Below the pieces are notes generated by a model that saw nothing but the letters and a program-made list of their open reading frames with translations, ran no database searches and had not been told where the DNA came from. 64,000 nucleotides of DNA, taken from contig DATBIX010000023.1 in assembly GCA_036556665.1 (NCBI GenBank), positions 21,434 through 85,433 of the forward strand, given 5' to 3'. Positions within the stretch are counted from its first letter, which is position 1; the number at the start of each line of letters is the position of its first letter. Source of the DNA: Acidimicrobiia bacterium (GTDB lineage Bacteria > Actinomycetota > Acidimicrobiia > Spongiisociales > ZC4RG35). This document shows positions 9,166-18,661 of the stretch, piece after piece. Position numbers and translations under genes: made by a program.

Positions 9166-9745
9166 CCTCGGCTGGAGCGCCCACCACAGTCGTGGTGTCC
9201 ATGTGGGCTCGAACTGCCCGACGAGCCCTCGAGAGACGGAGTCGGGCCGCGTTGGGCGTGATGTCCAGGGCCACCGCCGCCTCGGTGGGGGAGAGGCCGT
9301 CGTAGGCCACCAGCTCGAGGACGTCCCGCTCCGACCGGGTGAGTCGGGCCAAAGCGTCTTCGAGGAGCGGCGCTTGTCGGGCGGCATCGATCGCCGAGGC
9401 CACCGCGTCGTCCTCGGCAGCCGTGAAGCCTGGGAAGGCATTGCTCGCCTTGACCTCGAGACGCCGATCACCGACGTACTTGCGTCGCTGCTTGGCGAGG
9501 ACGCGGCGCGCGATGCCGAACAGCCAGGGGAGGGCGGTATCGGTCTCGGGGATGTAACGGTGGGCTGCCTGGAGGGCGACGAGGAAGCACTCACCGACCA
9601 GGTCGGCGACATCGTCCGGGTTGGCGCAGCGTCTGACCGCATATCGGGTTATCGCACTCACGTGGCGGCGAAAGAAGACCGAATAGGCCTCCGCCGATCC
9701 TGCCGATGAGGCGACCAGCAACTCCGCGTCGGGACGGTCCACCAC
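9146..9745 (-). CDS. ECF-type RNA polymerase sigma-70 family factor
   Basis: Region 2 'FFRRHVSAITRYAVRR...DLVGECFLVALQ' and region 4 helix-turn-helix 'LTRSERDVLELVAYDGLSPTEAAVALDITPNAARLRLSRAR'. Confidence 0.8.
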   Translation of the reverse strand: MVDRPDAELLVASSAGSAEAYSVFFRRHVSAITRYAVRRCANPDDVADLVGECFLVALQAAHRYIPETDTALPWLFGIARRVLAKQRRKYVGDRRLEVKASNAFPGFTAAEDDAVASAIDAARQAPLLEDALARLTRSERDVLELVAYDGLSPTEAAVALDITPNAARLRLSRARRAVRAHMDTTTVVGAPAEDAGYAL

Positions 9746-9810
9746 GCTCTCATTATGTCCGGCACCACGTGTTCCGTGTCAGGAAACCATGGATACCGGG
9801 AGAAATCGGC

Positions 9811-10239
9811 TCACAGCTCCACCCGCACTTCCTTCGACTCGGCCCGCTGGTGGAGGGTGGCCAGCTCGTCGTCGTCGAGTCTCCTGTCGATCAGGATGTG
9901 CCGCTTGTGGTCCTTTCCGACCGCAATGATGCCGCGTTTCCGGGGCCGGACGATGGCCGCAAGGTCCTCCCACCTCATCACATGGCGCCGGAGCAGGCTC
10001 ACCCGCGTCAAACCGGTGTCCGAGATCTCGACCGCGGTGGTGAAGTCGAAGACGACCACGTAGCCGAGGAAGAGGGCGAAGAGACCGAGCAGGACCGTCA
10101 CCGGCCAGGCTGCGCCGATCACCCACGCCCCCCAGGCCATCAGGAGCATGCTGGGTGGGGTGAGCAGCGAGAGGGCAACCCGCAGCCGTGACTCCGGGAA
10201 CCTGACCAGAGACGGATCAGGCTGCGTCGTCGGCGACAT
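9811..10239 (-). CDS. membrane-anchored PH-like domain protein (hypothetical)
   Basis: Two N-terminal TM helices, then 'ISDTGLTRVSLLRRHVMRWEDLAAIV', which resembles bacterial PH (bPH) domains. Start is uncertain. Confidence 0.3.
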   Translation of the reverse strand: MSPTTQPDPSLVRFPESRLRVALSLLTPPSMLLMAWGAWVIGAAWPVTVLLGLFALFLGYVVVFDFTTAVEISDTGLTRVSLLRRHVMRWEDLAAIVRPRKRGIIAVGKDHKRHILIDRRLDDDELATLHQRAESKEVRVEL

Positions 10240-11170
10240 CGCTCGTGATGGCGACGAGGCTCGGAGCTCGCGTCTCGCTTCTCGACGCCAGCAGCGCTCC
10301 CGCGATGACCAGGAGCGACCCGACGATGGCCAGGGGGGCGACGACCTCGCCACGGAAGACGACGCCGAGGGCAAGGGCCACCACCGGCATCAGGTAGGCG
10401 ATGAAGCTGGAACGGGTGGGACCGACGCGCCCGACCAGGGTGCCCATGAGGATGAAGGCGAGGCCCGTGCCGAGGAAGCCGATGGCCATAGTCGCCGCCA
10501 GCGAGTCGAGGGCGAACTGCGACCGGGTCAGGCCGAAGATCCCATACGGGGCGAGCAACAAAGCGGCGATCCAGAGCACTCGCGCCATCACCGGAGCGGT
10601 CCCATAGCGCTGTTGGAGGGGAGCGACGAGGTTGAAAGACAGGCCGTAACAGACAGTGGCCAACAGCACCAGCACCACACCGAGCGCGGCGGTCTGACCG
10701 GATTCGGCGGAGGGCAGCGCGATGGCGACGATACCGACGAAACCCACCACCAGCCCGATGACCTGAAGACCGCCCGGGAGGTGGCGAAGCAGGATCGAGG
10801 CGATGACGGCGGTGAAGATCGGGGTCGCCCCGTTGAGCATCCCGGCGACGGAGGAGTCGATCCACTGCTGTGCGATGGGGAACAGGCTGAGCGGTATCGC
10901 CACCCAGGTGAATGCGAGCAGGATGATCCGTCCCCTGTCGTCGGGGGCGATGCGAACCCGTCTCGTCTGGGAGAGCGCGGCCATGAAGATCGCTCCGAAC
11001 CCGACCCTGAGCCAGGTCACCAGGCCAGGATGGAACGAGTCGAGGCCGATGGCAATGAAGAGGAACGAGCTTCCCCAGATCAGGCTGACCGAGACGAAGC
11101 GCACCCAGTCGCCGGCGCCGAATGCTGCGCGATTGGTGCCGTGAGATGTGGTGATCAGCCGATTGCCCAC
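10217..11170 (-). CDS. EamA/DMT-family transporter
   Basis: About 10 TM helices with a duplicated EamA-like architecture. Confidence 0.7.
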   Translation of the reverse strand: MGNRLITTSHGTNRAAFGAGDWVRFVSVSLIWGSSFLFIAIGLDSFHPGLVTWLRVGFGAIFMAALSQTRRVRIAPDDRGRIILLAFTWVAIPLSLFPIAQQWIDSSVAGMLNGATPIFTAVIASILLRHLPGGLQVIGLVVGFVGIVAIALPSAESGQTAALGVVLVLLATVCYGLSFNLVAPLQQRYGTAPVMARVLWIAALLLAPYGIFGLTRSQFALDSLAATMAIGFLGTGLAFILMGTLVGRVGPTRSSFIAYLMPVVALALGVVFRGEVVAPLAIVGSLLVIAGALLASRSETRAPSLVAITSDVADDAA

Positions 11171-11248
11171 GCCAGTAGAACCCCGAGACCTCGATCTTGG
11201 TTGCGTCGACCTGGCAACCCCGTTACCGGCCGGATTAGTCCGATTTCG

Positions 11249-12247
11249 TCAATCCTCTGACTTGGGATCTCGTGTCATCAGGCTCAACACAGCATCGCGC
11301 GGGTGCATGCCCTCGTAGAGGACCCGCCCGACGTGGGCGGCGATCGGCATCTCGACCTGGCTGCGATCGGCCAGATCGAGGACCGCCCTGGTGGTCTTCA
11401 CCCCCTCCGCCACCATTCGCATCTCGTCGACGATGTCCTCGAGGCTTCGACCAAGGGCGAGGGCGAAACCGACGCGATGGTTGCGACTGCTCGTGGAGAT
11501 GCAGGTGGCGATAAGGTCGCCCATGCCGGCCAAACCGGCAAAGGTGGAGGGTCGGCCCCCCAGCGCTATCCCGAGCCGGGTCAACTCGGCTAGCGAGCGG
11601 GTGATGAGAGTGGCCCTGGTGTTGTCCCCGAACCCGAGCCCGTCGGACATCCCCGCCGCGATCGCCATCACGTTCTTGAGTGCACCGCCCAGCTCGCAGC
11701 CGGTCACGTCGTCGTTGGTGTAGACCCGAAAGGTCGGTCCCATGAACACCGCCTGGAGCGTTACTGCCGACTCGTGGTCGGAGATCGCCATCACCGAGGC
11801 GGTCGGTTGCCCGGCGGCGATCTCGGCAGCGAGATTCGGCCCGGTCAGCACGCCAACCCGGTTCGGGTCGTGATCGGGGGCCTCCTCGGCCACCACCCTC
11901 GTCATGGTGGCCAGCGTCTCTTGCTCGATTCCCTTGGTCAGCGAGACGATCGGGGTCGAGGGCTCGATTCCGGGAGCCACCCGGGCGAACACCTCACGAA
12001 ACCCGTGCGAGGGGACAGCCATGATGACGGCGCTCGCCCCGACGACTGCCTGGTCGAGCTCGCTCGTGGCTGCGAGCGACTCGGGTAGTTGGGTGCCGGG
12101 GAGGTAATCAGGGTTCTCGTGCCGGTCGTTGATCGCACTGGCGACCTCGGGCCTCCGCGCCCAGAGGATGGTCGGTGCGGTCCGGGCCGCCAGGGATGCG
12201 GCCACCGTCCCCCAGGTGCCGGCGCCTATGACGGCGATCTTGTCCAC
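11249..12247 (-). CDS. gpsA: NAD(P)H-dependent glycerol-3-phosphate dehydrogenase
   Basis: 'KIAVIGAGTWGT' Rossmann motif, 'GALKNV', and C-terminal 'EGV' motifs typical of GpsA. Confidence 0.85.
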   Translation of the reverse strand: MDKIAVIGAGTWGTVAASLAARTAPTILWARRPEVASAINDRHENPDYLPGTQLPESLAATSELDQAVVGASAVIMAVPSHGFREVFARVAPGIEPSTPIVSLTKGIEQETLATMTRVVAEEAPDHDPNRVGVLTGPNLAAEIAAGQPTASVMAISDHESAVTLQAVFMGPTFRVYTNDDVTGCELGGALKNVMAIAAGMSDGLGFGDNTRATLITRSLAELTRLGIALGGRPSTFAGLAGMGDLIATCISTSSRNHRVGFALALGRSLEDIVDEMRMVAEGVKTTRAVLDLADRSQVEMPIAAHVGRVLYEGMHPRDAVLSLMTRDPKSED

Positions 12248-12298
12248 GGCGGCAAGCTAGCGGTGTTGGGACGGCCGTCTCCCTAACCTGCGCCGGCC

Positions 12299-13381
12299 GT
12301 GAGTCTCTCGATTGGCATCGTCGGCTTGCCCAACGTGGGCAAGTCGACCCTCTTCAACGCCCTCACCAACGCCGGCGCGCTCGCAGCCAACTATCCGTTC
12401 GCCACCATCGAGCCCAACACCGGTGTGGTGCCTATCCCCGATCCGCGGCTCGACGAGCTGGCCAGGGTCTTCTCCTCACCCCGGATCGTGCCGGCGACCG
12501 TGACCTTCGTCGACATCGCCGGCCTGGTCAGGGGGGCCGGGGAGGGAGAGGGGTTGGGCAACCAGTTCCTCGCCAACATCCGGGACTCCAACGCCATCTG
12601 CCACGTGGTCCGAGGTTTCAGCTCGCCCAGTGTCGCCCGGGTCGGCGAGGAGGCGAGCCCCGCCGACGACATCGAGACCATCGAGACCGAGCTGGCCATC
12701 GCCGACCTGCAGACCATCGACCGGCGACTGCCCCGTCTCGAGAAGGAGGCCACCATCGACCGGTCGTTGCGCCGTCAGGCCGACCTCCTCTCCGAGATCC
12801 GCTCCGTCGTCGCCTCGGGGGACATGGTCAGTGCGCGTCCCGGGTTGATGGAGCGTAGGGCAGAGTTCGCCGACCTGAACCTGCTCACGGCCAAGCCCGT
12901 GATCTATGTCTTCAACCTCGACGAGGCAGGCCTGGCCGACGAATCGCGGAGACGCCAGCTGGCCGCGCTGGTCGCCCCGGCGGAGGCCCTGTTCCTCGAC
13001 GCCCAGATCGAAGCCGAGATGGGGGAGCTCGATGAGCGCGAGCGGATCGAGCTGCTCGCCTCGGTCGGGCAGCACGAGCCCGGGCTCCACGCGGTGATCA
13101 GAGCGGCCTACCGCGTGCTCGGGCTGCAGAGCTTTCTGACTGCCGGAGACAAGGAGGCCAGGGCTTGGACCGTCCGCTCCGGCGCAACGGCCCCCGAGGC
13201 GGCGGGCGTCATCCACAGCGACTTCCAAAGGGGTTTCATCGCCGCCGAGGTGGTCGACTACGACGACCTGATCGCGGCCGGTTCGTTGGTGGCGGCGCGA
13301 GCCAAGGGGCTGGTGCGAACCGAGGGAAAGTCATACCTGATGCGACCCAACGACGTGGTCGAGTTCCGATTCAACGTCTGA
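12299..13381 (+). CDS. ychF: redox-regulated ATPase YchF (Obg-family GTPase)
   Basis: 'IGIVGLPNVGKSTLFNALT' G1 motif, 'DIAGLV' G3 motif, and a C-terminal TGS domain. Confidence 0.85.
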   Translation: MSLSIGIVGLPNVGKSTLFNALTNAGALAANYPFATIEPNTGVVPIPDPRLDELARVFSSPRIVPATVTFVDIAGLVRGAGEGEGLGNQFLANIRDSNAICHVVRGFSSPSVARVGEEASPADDIETIETELAIADLQTIDRRLPRLEKEATIDRSLRRQADLLSEIRSVVASGDMVSARPGLMERRAEFADLNLLTAKPVIYVFNLDEAGLADESRRRQLAALVAPAEALFLDAQIEAEMGELDERERIELLASVGQHEPGLHAVIRAAYRVLGLQSFLTAGDKEARAWTVRSGATAPEAAGVIHSDFQRGFIAAEVVDYDDLIAAGSLVAARAKGLVRTEGKSYLMRPNDVVEFRFNV

Positions 13382-13394
13382 CGCCGACACTAGG

Positions 13395-15590
13395 TTGCTC
13401 GGGGTGACCTGGTTGTCCGTCGACGGCGGCGGCGGGGGGTCCCTGACCGCACCGCTCAGCGAGCACGAGGTCCTCGTGTTCCTCGTCCAGCTGTTGTTGC
13501 TGGTGGGAATAGCTCGGCTCCTGGGCTGGGTCATGAAGAGCATTGGCCAGCCGGCAGTCGTCGGCGAGCTGCTCGCCGGTGTGCTGCTTGGCCCAACCGT
13601 GTTTGCTCGCATCGCCCCCGACGCCTACCAGTGGGTGTTTGGGGAGGCGGTCGTCGGCTCTGTCGTGTTCGGGATCGCCTGGCTCGGAGTGATCATGCTG
13701 CTCGTTGTGATCGGCTTCGAGACCGATCTCGCCATCATCGGGAGATTCAAGCGCGCCGCCGCATCGGTGTCGGCCGGAGCATTGCTCATCCCGTTGGCCG
13801 TGATGACCAGCGCCGCGTTGGTGGCACCCGGCGAGTTCGTCGGTGAGGGGGTTGACAGGGCGCTCTTCGCCGGGTTCTTCGCTCTCGCCCTCTCTGTGTC
13901 AGCCCTGCCGGTCGTCGCCAAGATCCTGCTCGACCTTGGGCTGCTGCGACGCAATTTCGGCCAGGTCACCCTCGCTGCCGGGATGACCATGGACTCTGTC
14001 GGCTGGCTGATTCTCGCCGCCTTGTCCGGGTTCGCCCTCGATGCATTCGACCCGGAGTCGCTCATCCGATCCTTTGCCGGCCTGCTCCTCTTCGTCGCGG
14101 CCGCCGTCACCGCCGGCCGATGGATGCTCGACCGGGTCTTCCGGCTGGTGATGGCGAAAGGGTCATCGGTCTCGGCGGCGGTGTCGATCACCCTCGTTGC
14201 CGCCCTGTTCGGCGGTGTTCTGACCCAGGCCCTCCAACTGGAGGCGATCCTCGGCGCCTTCATCGTCGGGATCCTCATCGCAGGCCTCCGCCACCAGTTG
14301 CCTCAGGTGCGCTCGGTCCTCGAGACCATTACCGCTGCCTTCTTCGCCCCTGTCTTCTTCGCCTTCTCGGGATTGCGCGCCGACCTCGGACTGCTCGAAG
14401 GGCCGACCGTCCTCTGGTGGACTGTGGGGCTGATCGGGCTCGCCGTTGCGGCCAAGTTCGCTGGATCGTTCCTCGGTGGATGGTTCGGCGGCGTGAGAGG
14501 CAGGGACGCCCTCGCGCTCGGAGCCGGCCTATCGGCGTTGGGGGCGATGGGGGTGGTGGTCGCCATCGTCGCCTTGAACCTCGGCGTGGTGTCCTCCACG
14601 GGCTACACGGTGATGGTCGTCGCCGCCCTGGTCACTTCCATCCTGGCGCCCATGCTGCTCAAGCTGGTGGTGCGTGGCTGGGAGATCCCCCCCGACGAAG
14701 CGGAGCGACTCGACCAGGAAGAGTTGCGCGCCTCTTCCGAGATCCTCGGCATGAAGCGGATCCTCATACCCACCCGGGGCGGTGCCAACTCCAGGTACGC
14801 CGCCCGACTGGTGGCCGCCGCCTTCCTGGATGCCGAGGTGACTGTGATGGTGGTCGACCCGGCCGCCCCGGGGCCGTGGCGCCGCCTCATGAGGAAGGTC
14901 GACGGTGACCCCGCCGACCCTGCTCAGCTCATGGCGGAGATCCCGGAAGCCCGTCTCATCAGGGTTCTGGCGCGAGACCCGGCGAGTGCCATCGGGCGCG
15001 AGTCGGCGCTGGGCTACGACATGGTCGTACTCGGTGCCACCGAGTCCGGGGACGGCACGTTCAGCAGCATGGTGGACCGTGTGATTGCTCGCATCGACGT
15101 GCCCACCCTGGTGGTGAGGTTCCCGGAGGGCTACCCGGTGGCTGACCAGCTGCCGGGGCGGATCCTGGTGCCGGTGGCCGCGACCAGGTCGACAAGGGCG
15201 GCAGAGGAGTTCGCCTACTCGGTTGCCCGCCAGTCACAGGGAAGCGTCGTCGTGCTGCACGTGGTGAATCGCCCTGAAGGCCAGGGGATGATGGTCCCGA
15301 GCGGGGCCGTGGAGGAAGGTCTCAGGGCCGGTCACGAGATGGTCGGCGCGGCGGCTGCCTTCGGGGAGAGGTTCGGAATCGCGGTCGAGACGATCGTGAG
15401 GGTGGCATCGAACGCGGAGGAGGAGATCGTCCGGTTTGCCAACTCCGGGGCGGTCGAAACGCTCGTGCTCGGTGCCAGCAGCCGTTCTCTGACCAATCGG
15501 CCCTTCTACGGACACAGGGTCTCCTACATCCTGGAGAAGGCCGGTGTCCCTGTCGTGGTGATCAGCCTTCCCCCGACCTTCCAGAGATGA
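13395..15590 (+). CDS. CPA2 (Kef-type) cation:proton antiporter fused to tandem universal stress protein domains
   Basis: N-terminal Na+/H+ exchanger helices ('GELLAGVLLGPT'). The C-terminal 300 aa form two Usp-like domains. Confidence 0.7.
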   Translation: MLGVTWLSVDGGGGGSLTAPLSEHEVLVFLVQLLLLVGIARLLGWVMKSIGQPAVVGELLAGVLLGPTVFARIAPDAYQWVFGEAVVGSVVFGIAWLGVIMLLVVIGFETDLAIIGRFKRAAASVSAGALLIPLAVMTSAALVAPGEFVGEGVDRALFAGFFALALSVSALPVVAKILLDLGLLRRNFGQVTLAAGMTMDSVGWLILAALSGFALDAFDPESLIRSFAGLLLFVAAAVTAGRWMLDRVFRLVMAKGSSVSAAVSITLVAALFGGVLTQALQLEAILGAFIVGILIAGLRHQLPQVRSVLETITAAFFAPVFFAFSGLRADLGLLEGPTVLWWTVGLIGLAVAAKFAGSFLGGWFGGVRGRDALALGAGLSALGAMGVVVAIVALNLGVVSSTGYTVMVVAALVTSILAPMLLKLVVRGWEIPPDEAERLDQEELRASSEILGMKRILIPTRGGANSRYAARLVAAAFLDAEVTVMVVDPAAPGPWRRLMRKVDGDPADPAQLMAEIPEARLIRVLARDPASAIGRESALGYDMVVLGATESGDGTFSSMVDRVIARIDVPTLVVRFPEGYPVADQLPGRILVPVAATRSTRAAEEFAYSVARQSQGSVVVLHVVNRPEGQGMMVPSGAVEEGLRAGHEMVGAAAAFGERFGIAVETIVRVASNAEEEIVRFANSGAVETLVLGASSRSLTNRPFYGHRVSYILEKAGVPVVVISLPPTFQR

Positions 15591-15615
15591 CCCGTAAGAT
15601 GAATAGGTCATCGAC

Positions 15616-15745
15616 ACCGAATGGGAGAGCCCCGCCCAGGGGCGCCGAAGGGGCAACTCCTCCCCGGAAACTCTCAGGCACGTGGACCATTCGGTCGAGG
15701 CATCGCTGGAGGCGACGACAGCGGGGGAGGGCATTGTGACTAGGA
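15616..15745 (+). ncRNA. glycine riboswitch (single aptamer) plus expression platform in the gcvP leader
   Basis: 'ccgaatGGGAGAGccccgcccagggGCGCCGAAGGGGCAActcctccccGGAAACTCTCAGGCAcgtGGACcattcgg' matches the glycine aptamer consensus (GGAGAG / CGCCGAAGGxGCAA / CTCTCAGGCA, with P1 'cgaatgg'/'ccattcg'). Lies immediately upstream of gcvP. Confidence 0.6.
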
Positions 15746-15751
15746 GATCGG

Positions 15752-18577
15752 ATGCCCAACCCTCGAGAGAAGTTCGCAGACCGTCACATCGGCCCCCGTC
15801 CCGAGGACGTCGAGAAGATGCTGGCGACGATCGGCGCGGCCACGCTCGATGATCTCATCGCCGAGACCATCCCCCCGTCGATCATCGACACCGCACTTGC
15901 CCTGCCCCCAGCCCTTTCCGAGCCGGCGACGCTGGATCGGCTTCGCTCGCTCGCCGGGATGAACGAGGTGCTCGTATCTCTCATCGGGCTGGGCTATCAC
16001 GACACCATCACCCCACCGGTCATCCAGCGCAACGTGCTGGAGAGCCCGGCCTGGTACACCGCCTACACCCCGTATCAGCCGGAGATCTCTCAGGGTCGGC
16101 TCGAGGCGCTCCTCAACTTCCAGACCATGGTCTCAGACCTGACCGGTCTCGACATCGCCAACGCCTCACTCCTCGACGAGGCGACCGCGGCAGCAGAGGC
16201 AATGGCCATGTGCCGGCGTCTGGCCAAGGGGGAGAGGGAGGCCTTCTATGTCGATGACGACTGCCACCTCCCAACCATCGCCGTAGTGAGGACCCGGGCC
16301 GAGGCAGCCGGGGTCGAGATCAGGATGCTCTCGGAGGGGTTCGACCCGGCTCAGGCGTTCGGGCTCCTCGTCCAGTACCCGGGTTCGTCCGGGGAGATCC
16401 GTGACCATCGCGCCCTGGTTGCGGAGGCGAGATCGAACGGAGTGGTGACGGCGGTGGCCACCGATCTGCTGGCGCTGACGTTGCTCACGCCGCCGGGGGA
16501 GTGGGGCGCCGACATCGCGGTGGGGTCGGCACAGCGTTTCGGGGTGCCCCTCGGGTATGGCGGCCCGCATGCCGGCTTCATCGCAACCAGGGAGGAGCAC
16601 GTCCGGTCCCTTCCGGGGCGGCTGGTCGGTGTCTCCAAGGACGGCTCGGGTCGGGTCGCCTACCGGCTGGCGCTCCAGACTCGGGAGCAGCACATTCGCC
16701 GTGAGAGGGCGACATCCAACGTCTGCACGGCTCAGGTCCTGTTGGCGGTCATAGCCGGGCTCTATGGCTGCTGGCACGGTCCCGAGGGGCTCATCGACAT
16801 CGCTCGCGAGACGCACCGACTCGCGGTGAGCCTGGTTTCGGGCCTCCGGGCCGCCGGCCACGACGTGGCCGGCACCGCCTACTTCGACACGATCACTGTC
16901 GCAGTGCCGGGCCGGGCCGATCAGGTCGTGGCGGCGGCTCGGGCGGATGGGATCAACCTGGGGAGGGTGGACCACGACCGGGTCCGCATCGCCCTCGACG
17001 AGACCACCGACGACGGGATCGTGCACAGGGTGTTGGCGGCGTTCGAGGCCCGACCGGTGAAGCCGGAGCAGGGAGGTGGCATCCCCCCCGATCTCAGCCG
17101 TCGCTCCGAGTTCATGACCCATCCCGTGTTCGGCCTCCATCGGTCCGAGCACGAGATGCTCAGATACCTGCGCCGGCTCGCCGATCGCGACCTGGCGCTC
17201 GACCGGAGCATGATCCCGCTCGGGTCGTGCACCATGAAGCTGAACGCCACGACCGAGATGATCCCGATCACGTGGCCCGAGTTCGCCCGAATCCACCCGT
17301 ACGTCCCGGCGGACCAGGCCAGGGGCTACCGGGCCTTGATCGAGGAGCTCGCCGAGCGTCTCTGCCTCATCACGGGCTACGAGGCCGTGTCGCTTCAGCC
17401 CAATTCCGGGGCGCAGGGCGAGTTCGCCGGCCTCCTGGCGATACGCGCCTATCACAAGTCGAGGGGCGAGGCGGATCGGGACGTCTGCCTCATCCCCTCG
17501 TCGGCGCACGGGACCAACGCCGCCTCGGCGGTGATGGCAGGGATGCGAGTCGTGGTGGTGGCGACGGACGAAGGGGGCAACGTCGACCTCGCCGATCTCG
17601 AGGAGAAGGCCTCTGCTCACTCCGACCGCTTGGGCGCGGCGATGATCACCTATCCCTCCACTCATGGCGTGTTCGAAGAGGGCGTGCGCCGGCTCGTCGA
17701 GATAGTCCACTCCCACGGGGGGCAGGTCTACGTCGACGGGGCCAACCTCAACGCACTGGTCGGATTGGCCCGCCCGGCCGACTTCGGTGCCGATGTCGGT
17801 CATCTCAACCTGCACAAGACCTTCACCATCCCCCACGGAGGGGGCGGCCCGGGAGTGGGGCCGCTGGGAGTCAAGGCGCACCTTGCCCCGTTCCTCCCCA
17901 ACCACCCACTCGACCCGGGCGCCGGGCCGGAGACCGGGGTCGGGCCGGTGTCGGGGGCCCCATTCGGCTCGGCGGGGATCCTGCCCATACCCCACGCCTA
18001 TCTGAGCCTGATGGGGGCCGACGGCCTGAGAAGGGCGAGCATGGTCGCAATCCTCTCGGCGAACTACGTCGCCCGGGTGCTCGATCCCTACTTCCCGGTC
18101 CTCTACGCCGGGGCGCGGGGCCGGGTGGCGCACGAGGCGATCGTCGATCTTCGACCCACGACCAAGGCAACCGGGGTCACCGCCGAGGACGTAGCCAAGC
18201 GCCTGGCCGACTACGGGCTCCATGCCCCGACCCTTTCCTTTCCGGTCCCGGGCACGCTGATGATCGAGCCGACCGAGTCAGAGAGCCTCGAGGAGCTGGA
18301 CCGCTTCTGCGAGGCGATGATCGCCATCCACGGTGAGATATCCCGAGTCGGCTCGAGGGAATGGGACGCGGAAGACAACCCACTCAGGAACGCTCCTCAC
18401 CCGGCCGGGGACGTGGTGTCTGACACCTGGGAGCATCCCTATTCGCGCGAATTGGCCGCCTATCCTGTGTCAGGCCTGCGTCTGAGCAAGTACTGGCCGC
18501 CGGTGAGCCGCATCGACGGGCCGGGCGGAGATCGCAACGTGATTTGCGCCTGTCCGCCTCTGGACGCTTACGCTTGA
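15752..18577 (+). CDS. gcvP: glycine dehydrogenase (decarboxylating), P-protein of the glycine cleavage system
   Basis: 941 aa, full-length single-chain GcvP with the PLP-lysine region. Confidence 0.9.
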   Translation: MPNPREKFADRHIGPRPEDVEKMLATIGAATLDDLIAETIPPSIIDTALALPPALSEPATLDRLRSLAGMNEVLVSLIGLGYHDTITPPVIQRNVLESPAWYTAYTPYQPEISQGRLEALLNFQTMVSDLTGLDIANASLLDEATAAAEAMAMCRRLAKGEREAFYVDDDCHLPTIAVVRTRAEAAGVEIRMLSEGFDPAQAFGLLVQYPGSSGEIRDHRALVAEARSNGVVTAVATDLLALTLLTPPGEWGADIAVGSAQRFGVPLGYGGPHAGFIATREEHVRSLPGRLVGVSKDGSGRVAYRLALQTREQHIRRERATSNVCTAQVLLAVIAGLYGCWHGPEGLIDIARETHRLAVSLVSGLRAAGHDVAGTAYFDTITVAVPGRADQVVAAARADGINLGRVDHDRVRIALDETTDDGIVHRVLAAFEARPVKPEQGGGIPPDLSRRSEFMTHPVFGLHRSEHEMLRYLRRLADRDLALDRSMIPLGSCTMKLNATTEMIPITWPEFARIHPYVPADQARGYRALIEELAERLCLITGYEAVSLQPNSGAQGEFAGLLAIRAYHKSRGEADRDVCLIPSSAHGTNAASAVMAGMRVVVVATDEGGNVDLADLEEKASAHSDRLGAAMITYPSTHGVFEEGVRRLVEIVHSHGGQVYVDGANLNALVGLARPADFGADVGHLNLHKTFTIPHGGGGPGVGPLGVKAHLAPFLPNHPLDPGAGPETGVGPVSGAPFGSAGILPIPHAYLSLMGADGLRRASMVAILSANYVARVLDPYFPVLYAGARGRVAHEAIVDLRPTTKATGVTAEDVAKRLADYGLHAPTLSFPVPGTLMIEPTESESLEELDRFCEAMIAIHGEISRVGSREWDAEDNPLRNAPHPAGDVVSDTWEHPYSRELAAYPVSGLRLSKYWPPVSRIDGPGGDRNVICACPPLDAYA

Positions 18578-18661
18578 ATCTCCACTTGACATTCCCGGGG
18601 TGAATGGGATCGTGATGCGCAGCACCGAGGCGGGCAGGGACGCAGAGAAGTTGGTGTCGCG

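Noticed and set aside
8749-9642. 297-aa minus-strand ORF overlapping the ECF sigma gene by about 500 nt
   Set aside because: Only the last about 138 codons (from 9165) are compatible with a separate gene, the anti-sigma factor. The upstream part is an alternative frame of the sigma factor gene.
15696-15751. Possible second glycine aptamer after the first one
   Set aside because: Only loose similarity ('CTGGAGGCG…GGGGGAGGGCA'). It lacks the CGCCGAAGG-GCAA and CTCTCAGGCA cores, so it is more likely the expression platform.
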